Shown here piece after piece: positions 14,221 to 27,339 of a stretch of DNA of 64,000 bases (position 1 is its first letter; every line of letters starts with the position of its first letter). The notes below the pieces were generated by a model. That model saw nothing but the letters and a program-made list of their open reading frames with translations. It searched no databases and was not told where the DNA came from. Made by a program: the position numbers and the translations under genes. Source of the DNA: Macrostomum lignano (taxonomy: Eukaryota); assembly GCA_002269645.1 (NCBI GenBank), contig NIVC01001670.1, forward strand, positions 124,001 to 188,000, given 5' to 3'.

Positions 14221-15055
14221 TTCTGTATTTTCAAAGAAATTCTCAATAATTTTGCAGACACTAAAACTTCTTCAGTTAAATAAAACCCGCAAATTTTTGT
14301 TCCGTTTGATCACGCAGATCTTCGCTCCCTTGCAGTTGAATTACGTTGCGGAGATTTTGGAGGCGATTCCTCAGATCCGAATCGAATCCCTGGCTGAGCC
14401 CTGGGTGCCCAGCAACGCTCCTCAGTGAGTAATGACTTTGGCTGCCCAGTGCCCCACATCGCCTTCATTCGTCAAAAAGTCGCTTAAAGTGCAAATGAGC
14501 GGCTTTGGCGAGAGCGGATTCTGGCTGCGGTTTGCACTGTGCAGAGTTGGGCGGCCTCAGCCTGGGATGAGGCGTGGAGCAGCAAGCGATACCAGACTCC
14601 AAGAAGTCATCGGCAGCGGCCAGCGCAAATATGGCGGGTCCGGGGTGGCTGCAGTTTATCATAAATCCTCGATCACAAATTGATTAATCGTGTTCGCATG
14701 TGACTTTTCCGCAAGTTTGGCACTTTTCACTGTGGGAGCAGAGACATTCGGAATCGCACTTCCCTGCAAGTCGCTCACTCAGACACTGTGTCGGGCATTG
14801 CATTTCATTTTCTTCAATTTTTTGCATTCCTTTGGCTTGAAATTAGTTTTTTTGTAGTTGAAATTATACCAAATTTATACTTTCAGAGGTTACAATTTTC
14901 TCTCAAAAAAATTCTGAATTCCTTAATTCCATATTTCCGAAAAAGTTTTATGCAAAAGTTTTAGGATAATAACGAAGTATGAGTGCTTCGAATTCCGGAC
15001 TGGAAACTGTGGCATTTAAAAAATGAATTTTTTTAGCGCTATTCAACTCATGAGC

Positions 15056-15061
15056 TATAAA
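15056..15061 (+). promoter_or_regulatory. Candidate TATA box for the Cys-rich gene
   Basis: TATAAA 339 nt upstream of the ATG, with a 13-bp array in between. Confidence 0.3.
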
Positions 15062-15099
15062 GGAGCAGTTGCTTCAGCCGGAAACCTGCCTAGACAGAA

Positions 15100-15360
15100 G
15101 CTGCTCACAGAAATTACTCACAGAAATTACTCATAGAAACTACTCACAGAAACTACTCACAGAAGCTACTCACAGAAACTACTCACAGAAGCTACTCACA
15201 GAAGCTACTCATAGAAACTACTCACAGAAACTACTCACAGAAACTACTCACAGAAGCTACTCACAGAAGCTACTTATAGAAACTACTCACAGAAACTACT
15301 CACAGAAGCTACTCACAGAAACTACTCACAGAAGCTACTCACAGAAACTACTCACAATCA
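15100..15360. repeat. 13-bp minisatellite (ctactcacagaaa)n just upstream of the Cys-rich ATG
   Basis: Direct reading. Confidence 0.95.
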
Positions 15361-15394
15361 CAGAAGCGACGGTACACGAGCTTAAACTCTCAGC

Positions 15395-16333
15395 ATGAAT
15401 TTTTCTCTGCTAGTGGCTGCGGCTCTGCTGGCCGCCCTGACCGGGTCGTCGGCTGACCGGAACCTGCAGAGAGGCAAGCGGCAAGACCACAAAATGTGCC
15501 TGCCAGGCCACCAGCTAAGCGAAGACTCGGACCGCATGTGCGAGCCCTGCAGCGCCGGCACCCATAGGGAAATAGCCGTGAATTCCAAGTGCCAGAAGTG
15601 CCCGCCAGGCTCATACAGCCGCGCCGGCGCCGCCGCCTGCTCCAAGTGCTGGCCGGGGAGCTTCGCCGCCAGCTCGGGCTCCGCGAGCTGCCAGAAGTGC
15701 GCCAAGGGCTCCATTGCTGCCACGGACGGCTTGTCGAGCTGCACGCCCTGCCCTGCCGGCAGCTTCGTCCGTTTTAGCGGCTCCCCAGCCTGCGTGAAGT
15801 GTCCCGCCGGCACCTCGAGCAAGGCCGGAGCAGAGGAGTGCAGCAAGTGCCAGCCGGGCCACTTCTCCCCACCTGGAGCGGCCGCCTGCAAGCCGTGCCC
15901 AGCCGGCAGGATCTCAACTGCGGGCGCCTCCGCTTGCCACCGCTGTCCGGCCGGCAGCTTCTCAGTTGCGGGCGCCTCGGCTTGCCACCGCTGCCCGGCC
16001 GGCAAGTTCTCAGCTAGGGGCGCCTCGATTTGCACCCGCTGCCCTGCGGCAGCTTCTCTGCTATGGGCGCCTCCGCTTGCACCCGCTGTCCGGCCGGCAG
16101 CTTCTCAGCTATGGGTGCCTCGGCTTGCACCCTCTGCCCGGCCGGCCAGTTCGCCTCCTCAGAAGGCAGCAAGCAGTGCAAGGCCTGCCCTCCGGGCACC
16201 TTCTCTGACGCGGCGGGCGCGGCTGAGTGCCAAAAGTGCGACCGGGACTTCGCCCTGGCCATCAAGTCCGGCATGACTAAATGCGACCTTTGCCCCAACG
16301 GCGGCGCCGCCCTTCGGGACAACCGCTGCTACA
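15395..16333 (+). CDS. Secreted Cys-rich protein, exon 1: signal peptide plus 16 CxxC(P)xG repeats (GCC2/GCC3, ephrin-receptor-like type); -1 frameshift near 16046
   Basis: MNFSLLVAAALLAALTGSSA signal peptide; CxxCPAGxFS repeats of 16-17 aa. The reading continues in ORF 16030..16377 after one missing C (cctgcggc where cctgccggc is expected). Donor a|GTGAGC at 16334, phase 1. Confidence 0.82.
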
Positions 16334-16546
16334 GTGAGCTCCCGGCAGTTCCCTTATTTCTTACCTCAAGCTCATAAAACCTCGAAAAGTTTTAGCACTA
16401 GTTACCGCTAAACTATCGAGATTGTTTAATTTCTTTCATTTTATTTTCCTTCAATTTGGTAAGCCTAGACTGAACATAACGGAAGGTCGAAATAACATTT
16501 TTAAGCCTCTCTAGAACCTCACTCGACACCAAAACCGGCATTTCAG

Positions 16547-16974
16547 GAAAGCTGAAAGTCTCCTGCTGGGTGAGCTGGCCGGACTGCGAGCGCACAATCG
16601 ACAATGACGTGTACTCCTACGGACAGGCGCTGCACAAGAAGTTCGCCAAGCCTTCGACTCCAGTGCATGAGACGTATTTTCACTACAAATTCGATGCTCC
16701 AGTGAACTTGAGGGGCTTCGCTGTCTGGGGCAAGTACGGATGCTGCTTAAAGAGCATCAGAAATTTCAAAATAGTTGCCAGCACTGAAGGGCAAACGCAT
16801 TCCTGCTTCTTTGATGGAAAATATGATGTAGGCAAATTTGAGTTCAGCAACTATTCTGGTACTCATCGCAACTGCAAATACGACTCGGTCACGGATTTAA
16901 AAATTGAGCACAGATACAATGATGCAGCCAATAAAATAATAACAATAGCTGAGGTGGCGTTCTATGCTTATTGA
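16547..16974 (+). CDS. Exon 2 of the Cys-rich protein: galactose-binding-like / F-type-lectin-like jelly-roll domain
   Basis: Acceptor tttcag at 16545-16546 matches in phase 1, giving DNRCYRKLKVSCWVSWPDCERTIDND. Pattern TIDND...F.F..PV.L.GF.V...RNFKI...C...ITIAEVAFY. AATAAA at 17003-17008. The fold assignment is by motif recall. Confidence 0.68.
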
Positions 16975-17744
16975 CTCCGATTGGACTTGGAAAAAGATCG
17001 GAAATAAACCAGCGCGCCAGCTGCTTTGCTGAGAATCGAGTTTCAATTTTGCTCTGTTATTTGTCAGAAATGATCCTACGCGTATGTAGATTGAACAGTT
17101 CAAAACAGTTCTTCACCTCAATAAGCTGCAAAATAAGAGTCGATATCATTAGTTATGGTTAAAGTGCACAGAGCGGCAAGATGGCCTGGAAGCGGGCGGC
17201 CCGATAAAGCAGATAAAAAGCATACCCCCCCCCGAGAACCAGCGGAAAGTGAGGAGAGATGAAGGCGGGTAGGAGGCTGAGCAGTGCATGCAACCAGAGC
17301 CCTGGCTGCCGGCTGGTATCAGTTTAGTAATGAATTATTGATCCACAATCAACAGACCGGTAGCCGGGCGGGCAAAGATTCGTCTCCTAGAAGAAGAAGA
17401 CGGGAGCTGAGGGTAGGAGACTCTGCCGCCTCTGCCTCCGCCGCCGCCCTTTTAAGTTTCGGGACTTTAAAGCGACCGCCGATCTTTTTAGTCAAACAAA
17501 AATGAGAAAAACCCGAGCTGAAGAAGCAGAAACAGTGGGGAGGCCAGAGTAGGGAGCACCGCAGCTGATAAGCTGGCAGAAGATCCGCGCCAACACTCCC
17601 TCAATGTGCCTCCCTTTTCTGCAGATTTTTGTCTTCTTCTCGATCGCCATTTCCCTCTGCGTTTTTTTCTTGCACTCTCCGATTCTTTGTCTCGCCTCTG
17701 CTTTTTCTCCTGGCCTTCGTCTTTGTTTCTGCACCTTTCTCGAT

Positions 17745-19000
17745 TCCCTTCTCTCCCTTTCCTCTTTACTCTCTTCTCTCCCTTTCCTCTTGACTCTCTT
17801 CTCTCCCTTTCCTCTTGACTCTCTTCTCTCCCTTTCCTCTTGACTCTCTTCTCTCCCTTTCCTCTTTCCTCTCTTCTCTCCCTTTCCTCTTGACTGTCTT
17901 CTCTCCCTTTCCTCTTGACTGTCTTCTCTCCCTTTCCTCTTTCCTCTCTTCTCTCCCTTTCCTCTTGACTCTCTTCTCTCCCTTTCCTCTTTCCTCTCTT
18001 CTCTCCCTTTCCTCTTGACTCTCTTCTCTCCCCTTACTCTTGACTCTCTTCTCTCCCTTTCCTCTTGACTGTCTTCTCTCCCTTTCCTCTTGACTGTCTT
18101 CTCTCCCTTTCCTCTTGACTGCCTTCTCTCCCTTTCCTCTTGACTGTCTTCTCTCCCTTTCCTCTTGACTCTCTTCTCTCCCTTTCCTCTTTCCTCTCTT
18201 CTCTCCCTTTCCTCTTGACTCTCTTCTCTCCCTTTCCTCTTGACTGTCTTCTCTCCCTTTCCTCTTGACTGTCTTCTCTCCCTTTCCTCTTGACTGTCTT
18301 CTCTCCCTTTCCTCTTGACTGTCTTCTCTCCCTTTCCTCTTGACTGTCTTCTCTCCCTTTCCTCTTGACTGTCTTCTCTCCCTTTCCTCTTGACTGTCTT
18401 CTCTCCCTTTCCTCTTGACTGTCTTCTCTCCCTTTCCTCTTGACTGTCTTCTCTTCCTTTCCTCTTGACTCTCTTCTCTCCCTTTCCTCTTTCCTCTCTT
18501 CTCTCCCTTTCCTCTTGACTCTCTTCTCTCCCTTTCCTCTTGACTCTCTTCTCTCCCTTTCCTCTTGACTCTCTTCTCTCCCTTTCCTCTTTCCTCTCTT
18601 CTCTCCCTTTCCTCTTGACTCTCTTCTCTTCCTTTCCTCTTGACTCTCTTCTCTCCCTTTCCTCTTGACTCTCTTCTCTTCCCTTTCCTCTTGACTCTCT
18701 TCTCTCCCTTTCCTCTTTCCTCTCTTCTCTTCCCTTTCCTCTTGACTCTCTTCTCTCCCTTTCCTCTTGACTCTCTTCTCTTCCCTTTCCTCTTTACTCT
18801 CTTCCCTTCCATTTCCTCTTTACTCTCTTCTCTCCCTTTCTTCTTTACTCTCTTCTCTCCCTTTCCTCTTTACTCTCTTCTCTCCCTTTCTTCTTTACTC
18901 TCTTCTCTCCCTTTCCTCTTTACTCTCTTCTCTTCCATTTCCTCTTTACTTTCTTCTCTCCCTTTCTTCTTTACTCTCTTCTCTCCCTTTCCTCCTCTCT
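17745..19000. repeat. 25-bp pyrimidine minisatellite (ctcttctctccctttcctcttgact)n
   Basis: Direct reading; degrades into CT-rich sequence to about 19130. Confidence 0.96.
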
Positions 19001-19226
19001 CACCTCACCTCTCTCTCTCCCCTCTCCCTATCCTCTCTCCCCTCATCTCTCCTCTCCCGTCTCCCTTCTACTCTTTTTTCTCTTCTCTCATCTCCCCTTC
19101 GATCTCCTTTCCCCTTCTTTCCTCCATACACTACATGTATCTCCATCCTATCGCTTAGAGCCTGATTCACGTTTCATTTTCTCGCTCTAAGTTACGGATC
19201 CCAGCCGATGAGAGCCTGAAACTTAC

Positions 19227-19311
19227 TGCTGCTGCTGCTGCTGAGCTGAGGCGGGGCGGGCGAGCGCCAACGTTCCGAGCGAGCTCATGCGGCTGGCCGT
19301 TGCTGAGCAGT
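19227..19311 (-). CDS. Candidate small upstream exon (possibly KIF26-like gene)
   Basis: ccccgcag acceptor and a perfect GTAAGT donor; open frame LLSNGQPHELARNVGARPPRLSSAAAAA, phase 2 to 0. No homology recognised. Confidence 0.25.
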
Positions 19312-20479
19312 CTGCGGGGACAGGATTTGACTCGAGTTATGCCGCCTGCGCGATGGCTGGGAAGCTGTGCAAACTTGGAGCTCGCAAATTCGACACCCAA
19401 ACTGACCCTCCGAATGCACCGGGACTGCAGCCGTTTCTTAACCACAGATTAATGCGGGATTAAAGCCCACCCGCTCTAGACTTCCTCTACTCCCTGATGA
19501 AGGCGGAGGGGAGGGGCAGCCTCTCCCGCCAGCCCGGCAGGGGATTTGCGATTTGGAGAGATTATGGTAGAATGCGCGAGAGAGTTGAGTGAGTGGCTGG
19601 GCTGAGAGGCCAGCTGAGCTGAAATGATGACGCACTGGTAGAAAAAACAATAGGGAGGCTGGACTCTCGCTTTCAGCGCTTTTGTTTAGCCAGCTGGCAA
19701 TCAGGAAGTCAGGCCTCAGCGGACGGGCGACTGAGAATATTATAAACACATTAATAAAAAGATGAGGCCTGCCATAAGTAAGAAGCTGGGGATTTGGAAA
19801 ATAGGGATTTTTTGGCCCAGTTCGGGATTTGAGAGAGCACTTGCTCAGCTGCAAGGAGGGGGAGTAGATGCAGCAGAGATGCTGGCACAGGACCCCTGCA
19901 CTTCAGCCTCCTCCATTCCTACCCGCTTCGCATCAAGTCCGGACCTGCTGAATTTACATTAGGGGGAGGAGGGGTGGGTTTAGGGGATCATGGCCGGTGC
20001 GTACGCCAAGTTCTCCCGCCAGTCAGAAATTTATTTCGTCTGTTGCAGTGACAGGCAGCCCGGAGCTGTCAGCGCTGCCTGCTCTGGCGGTCTGGCGAGG
20101 CGGGGGATGGTGCTAGAATGCAGATCCGCCCCAGCTTCCCCATGGCCAGGGCGAGAGCTGCTGCTGGTGCTGGTGGTAGGGGGGGGGGGGGCTGCGGCAG
20201 TTCCGCCGACTCAAGTGGTGGCCGCGGCTCTGCGAGGCGAGCGAACTCGGGCCGGCATTGGAGAAGGGGGCGGCCGACGGAGAGGAAAGAGAGAGGGAGA
20301 CAGAAATATCGAGAAGACACAGATTCCTGACGGGTCTTCCACTCTGCATGCTCGCAAGCTGAGCAATGAAAACTCTTCTCATTAAACCTTAATGTGCTCA
20401 TAATACCCTCGTGCTACGCTCAATATTGCAGAGGTGTCTTCAACTGTTTCCTTCCTCTACTTTTGGTTGAGACTGCCTT

Positions 20480-21960
20480 CGCCTCCCATTTCTCTACTTC
20501 TCCCACTGTCTCTAAATTACCCTCACCTGCCATTTCTCTACTTCTCCCACTGTCTCTAAATTACCCTCACCTGCCATTTCTCTACTTCTCCCACTGTCTC
20601 TAAATTACCCTCACCTGCCATTTCTCTACTCCTCACACTGTCTCTAAATTACCCTCACCTGCCATTTCTCTACTCCTCACACTGTCTCTAAATTACCCTC
20701 ACCTGCCATTTCTCTATTCCTCACACTGACTCTAAATTACCCTCACCTGCCATTTCTCTACTTCTCACAATGTCTCTGACCTACTCTCTACTGCCATTTC
20801 TCTACTTCTCACAATGTCTCTGACCTACTCTCTACTGCCATTTCTCTACTTCTCACAGTGTCTCTGACCTGCCTTCACCTGCCATTTCTCTACTTCTCAC
20901 AGTGTCTCTGACCTGCCTTCACCTGCCATTTCTCTACTTCTCACACTGTCTCTCACCTTCCTTCACCTGCCATTTCTCTACTTCTCACACTGTCTCTCAC
21001 CTTCCTTCACCTGCCATTTCTCTACTTCTCACACTGTCTCTCACCTTCCTTCACCTGCCATTTCTCTACTCCTCACACTGTCTCTAAATTTCCCTCACCT
21101 GCCATTTCTCTACTTCTCACACTGTCTCTAAATTTCCCTCACCTGCCATTTCTCTACTTCTCACACTGTCTCTCACCTGCCTTCACCTGCCATTTCTCTA
21201 CTTCTCACACTGTCTCTCACCTTCCTTCACCTGCCATTTCTCTACTTCTCACACTGTCTCTCACCTTCCTTCACCTGCCATTTCTCTACTTCTCACACTG
21301 TCTCTCACCTTCCTTCACCTGCCATTTCTCTACTTCTCACACTGTCTCTCACCTTCCTTCACCTGCCATTTCTCTACTTCTCACACTGTCTCTCACCTTC
21401 CTTCACCTGCCATTTCTCTACTTCTCACAGTGTCTCTGACCTGCCTTCACCTGCCATTTCTCTACTTCTCACACTGTCTCTCACCTTCCTTCACCTGCCA
21501 TTTCTCTACTTCTCACACTGTCTCTCACCTTCCTTCACCTGCCATTTCTCTACTTCTCACACTGTCTCTCACCTTCCTTCACCTGCCATTTCTCTACTCC
21601 TCACACTGTCTCTAAATTTCCCTCACCTGCCATTTCTCTACTTCTCACACTGTCTCTAAATTTCCCTCACCTGCCATTTCTCTACTTCTCACACTGTCTC
21701 TCACCTGCCTTCACCTGCCATTTCTCTACTTCTCACACTGTCTCTCACCTTCCTTCACCTGCCATTTCTCTACTTCTCACACTGTCTCTCACCTTCCTTC
21801 ACCTGCCATTTCTCTACTTCTCACACTGTCTCTCACCTTCCTTCACCTGCCATTTCTCTACTTCTCACACTGTCTCTCACCTTCCTTCACCTGCCATTTC
21901 TCTACTTCTCACAATGTCTCTGACCTACTCTCTACTGCCATTTCTCTACTTCTCACAGTG
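20480..21960. repeat. 44-bp minisatellite (cacctgccatttctctacttctcacactgtctctcaccttcctt)n with a 528-bp higher-order duplication
   Basis: Direct reading; identical ORFs at 20902 and 21430. Confidence 0.96.
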
Positions 21961-22529
21961 TCAGCAACTAAAATTATATATTTTTCCCTCTTTAAAACCT
22001 AAAACCCGACCAATGCTTAAAATTGGCCAATGACTTTACTCACTGTGTCCATCTTGGCACTGGGAGATGAACCTTCAGTTGAAATTTTGTTCCTTAAAAT
22101 TTTCAGGTCTCAGCCTGATCTTAGCCGTGCAAATCTGCACTGCATCCTTGAAATTAGAACCCAGGGGCGCTGCCAGTCCCGCCGCCAATGGCTCCGAGCC
22201 GTCGGGTTCACGCTGGGGCAACAGCTGAGCCGGACAATTGATGGGGAAGCGGAGAGGCTGGGCCGGTGAATTTTCCCGCCTAAATCCCCCTCCCCCATTT
22301 CAATAAGGTTTCTCTCTGCTTCTCTCGCCTATCGAGGTGTCAAGCAGTTGAGTGATACTCAAATGACCCGGGGCTGAGTGGATTCATGAGCAGCCTCTGA
22401 GGAAGCTGGACTGCCTGTTGCGTCACTCGCTACAATGGGGCTTTGACCCCCCACCAGTAATTGTTGCTGGGCTTGAACTCCAGCAAATTTAGCACTGAGC
22501 TGCTCTTAGCTGATGGACACACAAGCGGA

Positions 22530-23325
<796 letters not shown>

Positions 23326-23814
23326 AGAGAATAATACAAAGCACAAACGCATTAATAGCAATACAAGAACTATACTCAACCGGTGCGATGGGAAATAATT
23401 TTATTGAATCGCTCATTCAAAACTCCGGGCGCGTGAGGCTCTCAGTCCGATCTTCACAATCGCGCATTTTCTGACCCGTTTGAATTTCCGCCTGTGGGTC
23501 TGCGGAAGATGCCCCAACCCCAGTTCTTCAAGCCTAACCAACAACCTGATGTAGGCGCTTTGACGCCGAAATGGGTTCTTTTTATTAACGAAAACTCTGC
23601 TCCACTTTGTAAAGCTACAGATTCTAGACGAATAGTTTATTGCCGTTGGATATTCCGAATTATATCACGATCTTGAGATGCCAAAACTCTGAAGCAATCG
23701 AGAAAGAAGTCATGAGCCAATCTAGAGGGACGAGGTGACAGAAGGAAATGCAATAGAAGAAAGCAATAAACACGAGCGGAGAAAGAGAGTAGAAAAGAAA
23801 AGGATGTGAAAGAG

Positions 23815-24450
23815 AGGGTGTGAATGAATAGGGTGTGAATGAACAGAGTGTGAATGAATAGGGTGTGAATGAATAGGGTGTGAATGAATAGGGTGTGAAT
23901 GAAAAGGGTGTGAATGAAAAGGGTGTGAATGAAAAGGGTGTGAATGAATAGGGTGTGAATGAATAGGGTGTGAATGAATAGGGTGTGAATGAATAGGGTG
24001 TGAATGAATAGGGTGTGAATGAATAGGGTGTGAATGAATAGGGTGTGAATGAATAGGGTGTGAATGAATAGGGTGTGAAATAATCGGGTGTGAATGAGTA
24101 GGGTGTGAAATAATCAGGTGTGAATGAGTAGGGTGTGAATGAATAGAGTGTGAATGAGTAGGGTGTGAAAGAAGAGGGTGTGAAAGAATAGGGTGTGAGT
24201 GAATAGGGTGTGAATGAATAGGGTGTGAATGAATAGGGTGTGAATGAATAGGGTGTGAATGAATAGGGTGTGAAATAATCGGGTGTGAATGAGTAGGGTG
24301 TGAATGAATAGAGTGTGAATGAGTAGGGTGTGAAAGAAGAGGGTGTGAAAGAATAGGGTGTGAATGAATAGGGTGTGAATGAATAGAGTGTGAATGAGTA
24401 GGGTGTGAATGAATAGGGTGTGAAAGAATCGGGTGTGAATGAAGAGGATG
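23815..24450. repeat. 15-bp minisatellite (gggtgtgaatgaata)n
   Basis: Direct reading. Confidence 0.96.
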
Positions 24451-24549
24451 TGAAAGAAGACCGGTGGGAAAGAAGGGGCGCTCCAAAAAGTTTTGCAGCC
24501 AAAAATCTATATCAAGCAACAGAGCCCATTGCCACGGACAGGCCCCTAC

Positions 24550-24794
24550 CTGGAGGTCTCAGAAGTGGCGAACACACTCGTGCCGGAAGCTCGCTTAGCC
24601 AACATGGGGTTTGGCTTGTAGCACATTCGCTGCTGCTGCTGCTGCTGCTGTGTCCTTCTGGCCAGCAGATGTCGATACTTCCCATAGAGCAGCGGTGGCG
24701 CAGGCGGCGGCGGGCACGGCGCGGACAGGCAGCGGCAGTCGCCTCCTCCGCCGCCTCCGCAGACGCGACAGCTAGACGCTGGCAGCGGCTGCTC
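24550..24794 (-). CDS. Candidate exon with Gly/Pro/Gln low-complexity runs (possibly KIF26-like N-terminus)
   Basis: Long polypyrimidine tract plus gcag acceptor, donor CAG|GTAGGG. Open frame EQPLPASSCRVCGGGGGGDC...TQQQQQQRMCY...SETS, phase 0 to 2. GC-rich like the confirmed exons. Confidence 0.4.
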
Positions 24795-25344
24795 CTGCGT
24801 GGCGAAGCGGGAGCGAACAGGAAAAAAGCAATTTATTTGCCATATGCTAATTTTGCTACTTCTAGTAGGGCAGCCTGTTAAAATTTTAAATCTTTCATGC
24901 TAGTTCATGCGAAAGTTCCTGAATTTTATCGCTTTTCCTCCTCAATATACCGGATGAATTTGTTGTTAAATTTCAACTAAAATTGCTTTTCTCTACGCTG
25001 GTGTACGGAGATGACTAATTGAATAGCAGCTGTCCTGACATTTTCGAGTAATTCGCATTGATCTGCCAATGGCATCTGCACTGAAAGTAGTCGCCCCTGT
25101 GCTTTTCTTAAGTTTTCTATTGCCGCCTATAACGGGATGGCGGGCAGCGGAAGGCAGCGGAAGGCACGGCGGACTTTGACGAGTCAGCGACAGACGCTGC
25201 GGACTGTGCAGTGAAATCCGGCCACCAGCGGCAGTCAGGGTGCCTGCTTGAAGATGGCCGGGGATGGCTTTGGAAATGAATTCGATTGCAGAAAAGTGCA
25301 CGAGCCGCATGCTTTGTACCTTGTTTGAATGCAGTGCCGAGCGG

Positions 25345-25625
25345 AGAGTGGAGAGTGGAGATTAGAGAGTGGAGAGAAAAGAGTGGAGAGTGGAAAGTGG
25401 AGAGAATACATGTAGATAGTAGAGTGGAAAGTGGAGAGAGTAGAGGGGAGAGTGGAGGGGAGAGCGGACAGGGGAAAGAGTGAGAGGGGAAAGGAGAGAG
25501 GGGAGAGGGAAGAGTGGTGTAGAGAGGAGAGGGGAGAGGGAAGAGTGGTGTGTAGAGAGGAGAGGGGAGAGGGGAGAGGGGAGAGGGGAGAGCGGAGAAC
25601 AGCGAGTGGGAAGCAGAGAGTTGAG
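25345..25625. repeat. AG-rich low-complexity tract
   Basis: Direct reading. Confidence 0.8.
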
Positions 25626-26269
25626 AGGGACATCAAAGAGGGGGGCGGGGTCCTAATTTAAGTAAAGCTGTTAAGTCCTTATGGTGGCGGGTGAGTTAAG
25701 CTTAGACTAGCAGCTGTCAGCAGAGAATGGAGAGAAATGAGATGGCAGGTAAGGGAGACAAACACAGGCGACGTAAAGGAATTTACAGAATATAGCGATA
25801 TTCTGACCTGCATGCAGAAGGATGTAGCCTCTATGCATGTAAAGACAGTATTGGTGAGGTGAGGCTGGAAAAGATATGGAGAGTCAGAGCTTCATGGCAG
25901 CGTTGCAGTTGCGGGCTTCACCCAAGCGGAAATGTCCTGTCCTCGCTGATGAACTCCAACAGACCCCCCGAAAAAAACTTCGGGAGCAGTGAGGCGCAGA
26001 GTGATCAGTGTCTGGCTCTGTTTGGTTTTCACCTGGTGCTGGACAAGCACTATTCACAAGGCCCTGCCATCATTCTGGAGAGAGTTGGCGAACTTCTGGT
26101 GGTGGGTGGGTGGCCGCATGACCAATTTCATAATCCAGCCAGTGCAAAGGTGAGTGAAATTGGTGCACGTTCTAATCAATAAAATAATTAGCCAATATCA
26201 GGAGTGAAAAAGTGCAAAGTATTATCGGATAGTATCAAGGGTGCTAATAGTTCTTATCAGTAAATACGC

Positions 26270-26717
26270 TTTATCAGCAAACGTAGGATATTGATATCAA
26301 AGGTGCGAAATCTTATCGGCAAACGTAGGATGATAATATTTGATATCAAAGGTGCGAAATCTTATCGGCAAACGTAGGATGATAATATTTGATATCAAAG
26401 GTGCGAAATCTTATCGGCAAACGTAGGATGATAATATTTGATATCAAAGGTGCGAAATCTTATCAGCAAACGTAGGATGATAATATTTGATATCAAAGGT
26501 GCGAAATCTTATCAGCAAACGTAGGATGATAATATTTGATATCAAAGGTGCGAAATCTTATCGGCAAACGTAGGATGATAATATTTGATATCAAAGGTGC
26601 GAAATCTTATCAGCAAACGTAGGATGATAATATTTGATATCAAAGGTGCGAAATCTTATCGGCAAACGTAGGATGATAATATTTGATATCAAAGGTGCGA
26701 AATCTTATCAGCAAACG
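26270..26717. repeat. 49-bp minisatellite (ttatcggcaaacgtaggatgataatatttgatatcaaaggtgcgaaatc)n
   Basis: Direct reading; about 9 near-identical copies, no spacers. Confidence 0.96.
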
Positions 26718-27339
26718 CACTCAATAATAAAATGATTGCTCTGAATTCCAATGATCATCAGAGTCGGTGCCCACAGATGGCAGCGGCAAACCGGAAAAAC
26801 TTACTCTGGTAGCCATTCGGTGTCTCTTGCCAGTTGAGTTGCATGAGGCAGTGCGTCTCAGCAGCCGTAGTCCTTAACAGGCCACTCTTTGCTTAAATAC
26901 TCTCCAAGCAGGAAAGTGGTCCTGCAGCCCTGGTAGAAAAATCCCTACCGCTCGGGAATTCCTGCCTCTCGCCGGCGGTTATTGGCGACGGGATCGCTGC
27001 GAAATTCCCATTCCCATTTGCTACGGACACTGGCTGCATGGACCGGCCCGACCCGACCGCGCCTCGGAACTTCAAGCCCTCAATTAGCACTTTGATTCGC
27101 TATGGGGACTTTGCTGGCCACTCAAAACAGGGTGGGTGATATGAGAGGGAAAGTGAAGATAAATGGGAGGCATAAAAGAGAAGGGAGAGCAGCTCAGCGT
27201 GAGGAGAAAGACACCAGATGGGGGATAGAAAGTCTCATAGATGGGGGTAGAGTAGGGGAAGTATAGTGGTAGGGCGGTGGATGGGCATTAAGAGACCTAA
27301 GGAGAGGGTTAGAGAGACATCAGGGAACGCGAGTAGAGA

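Noticed and set aside
17766-18812. 348-aa K/R/E-rich ORF resembling a charged adhesive or protamine-like protein
   Set aside because: A 25-bp unit cycling through all frames; no splice or start evidence.
26270-26717. CRISPR-like appearance of 41-53-bp arrays (also 37540, 46899, 63143)
   Set aside because: Units are contiguous with no unique spacers, there are no cas genes, and the context is spliced eukaryotic DNA.
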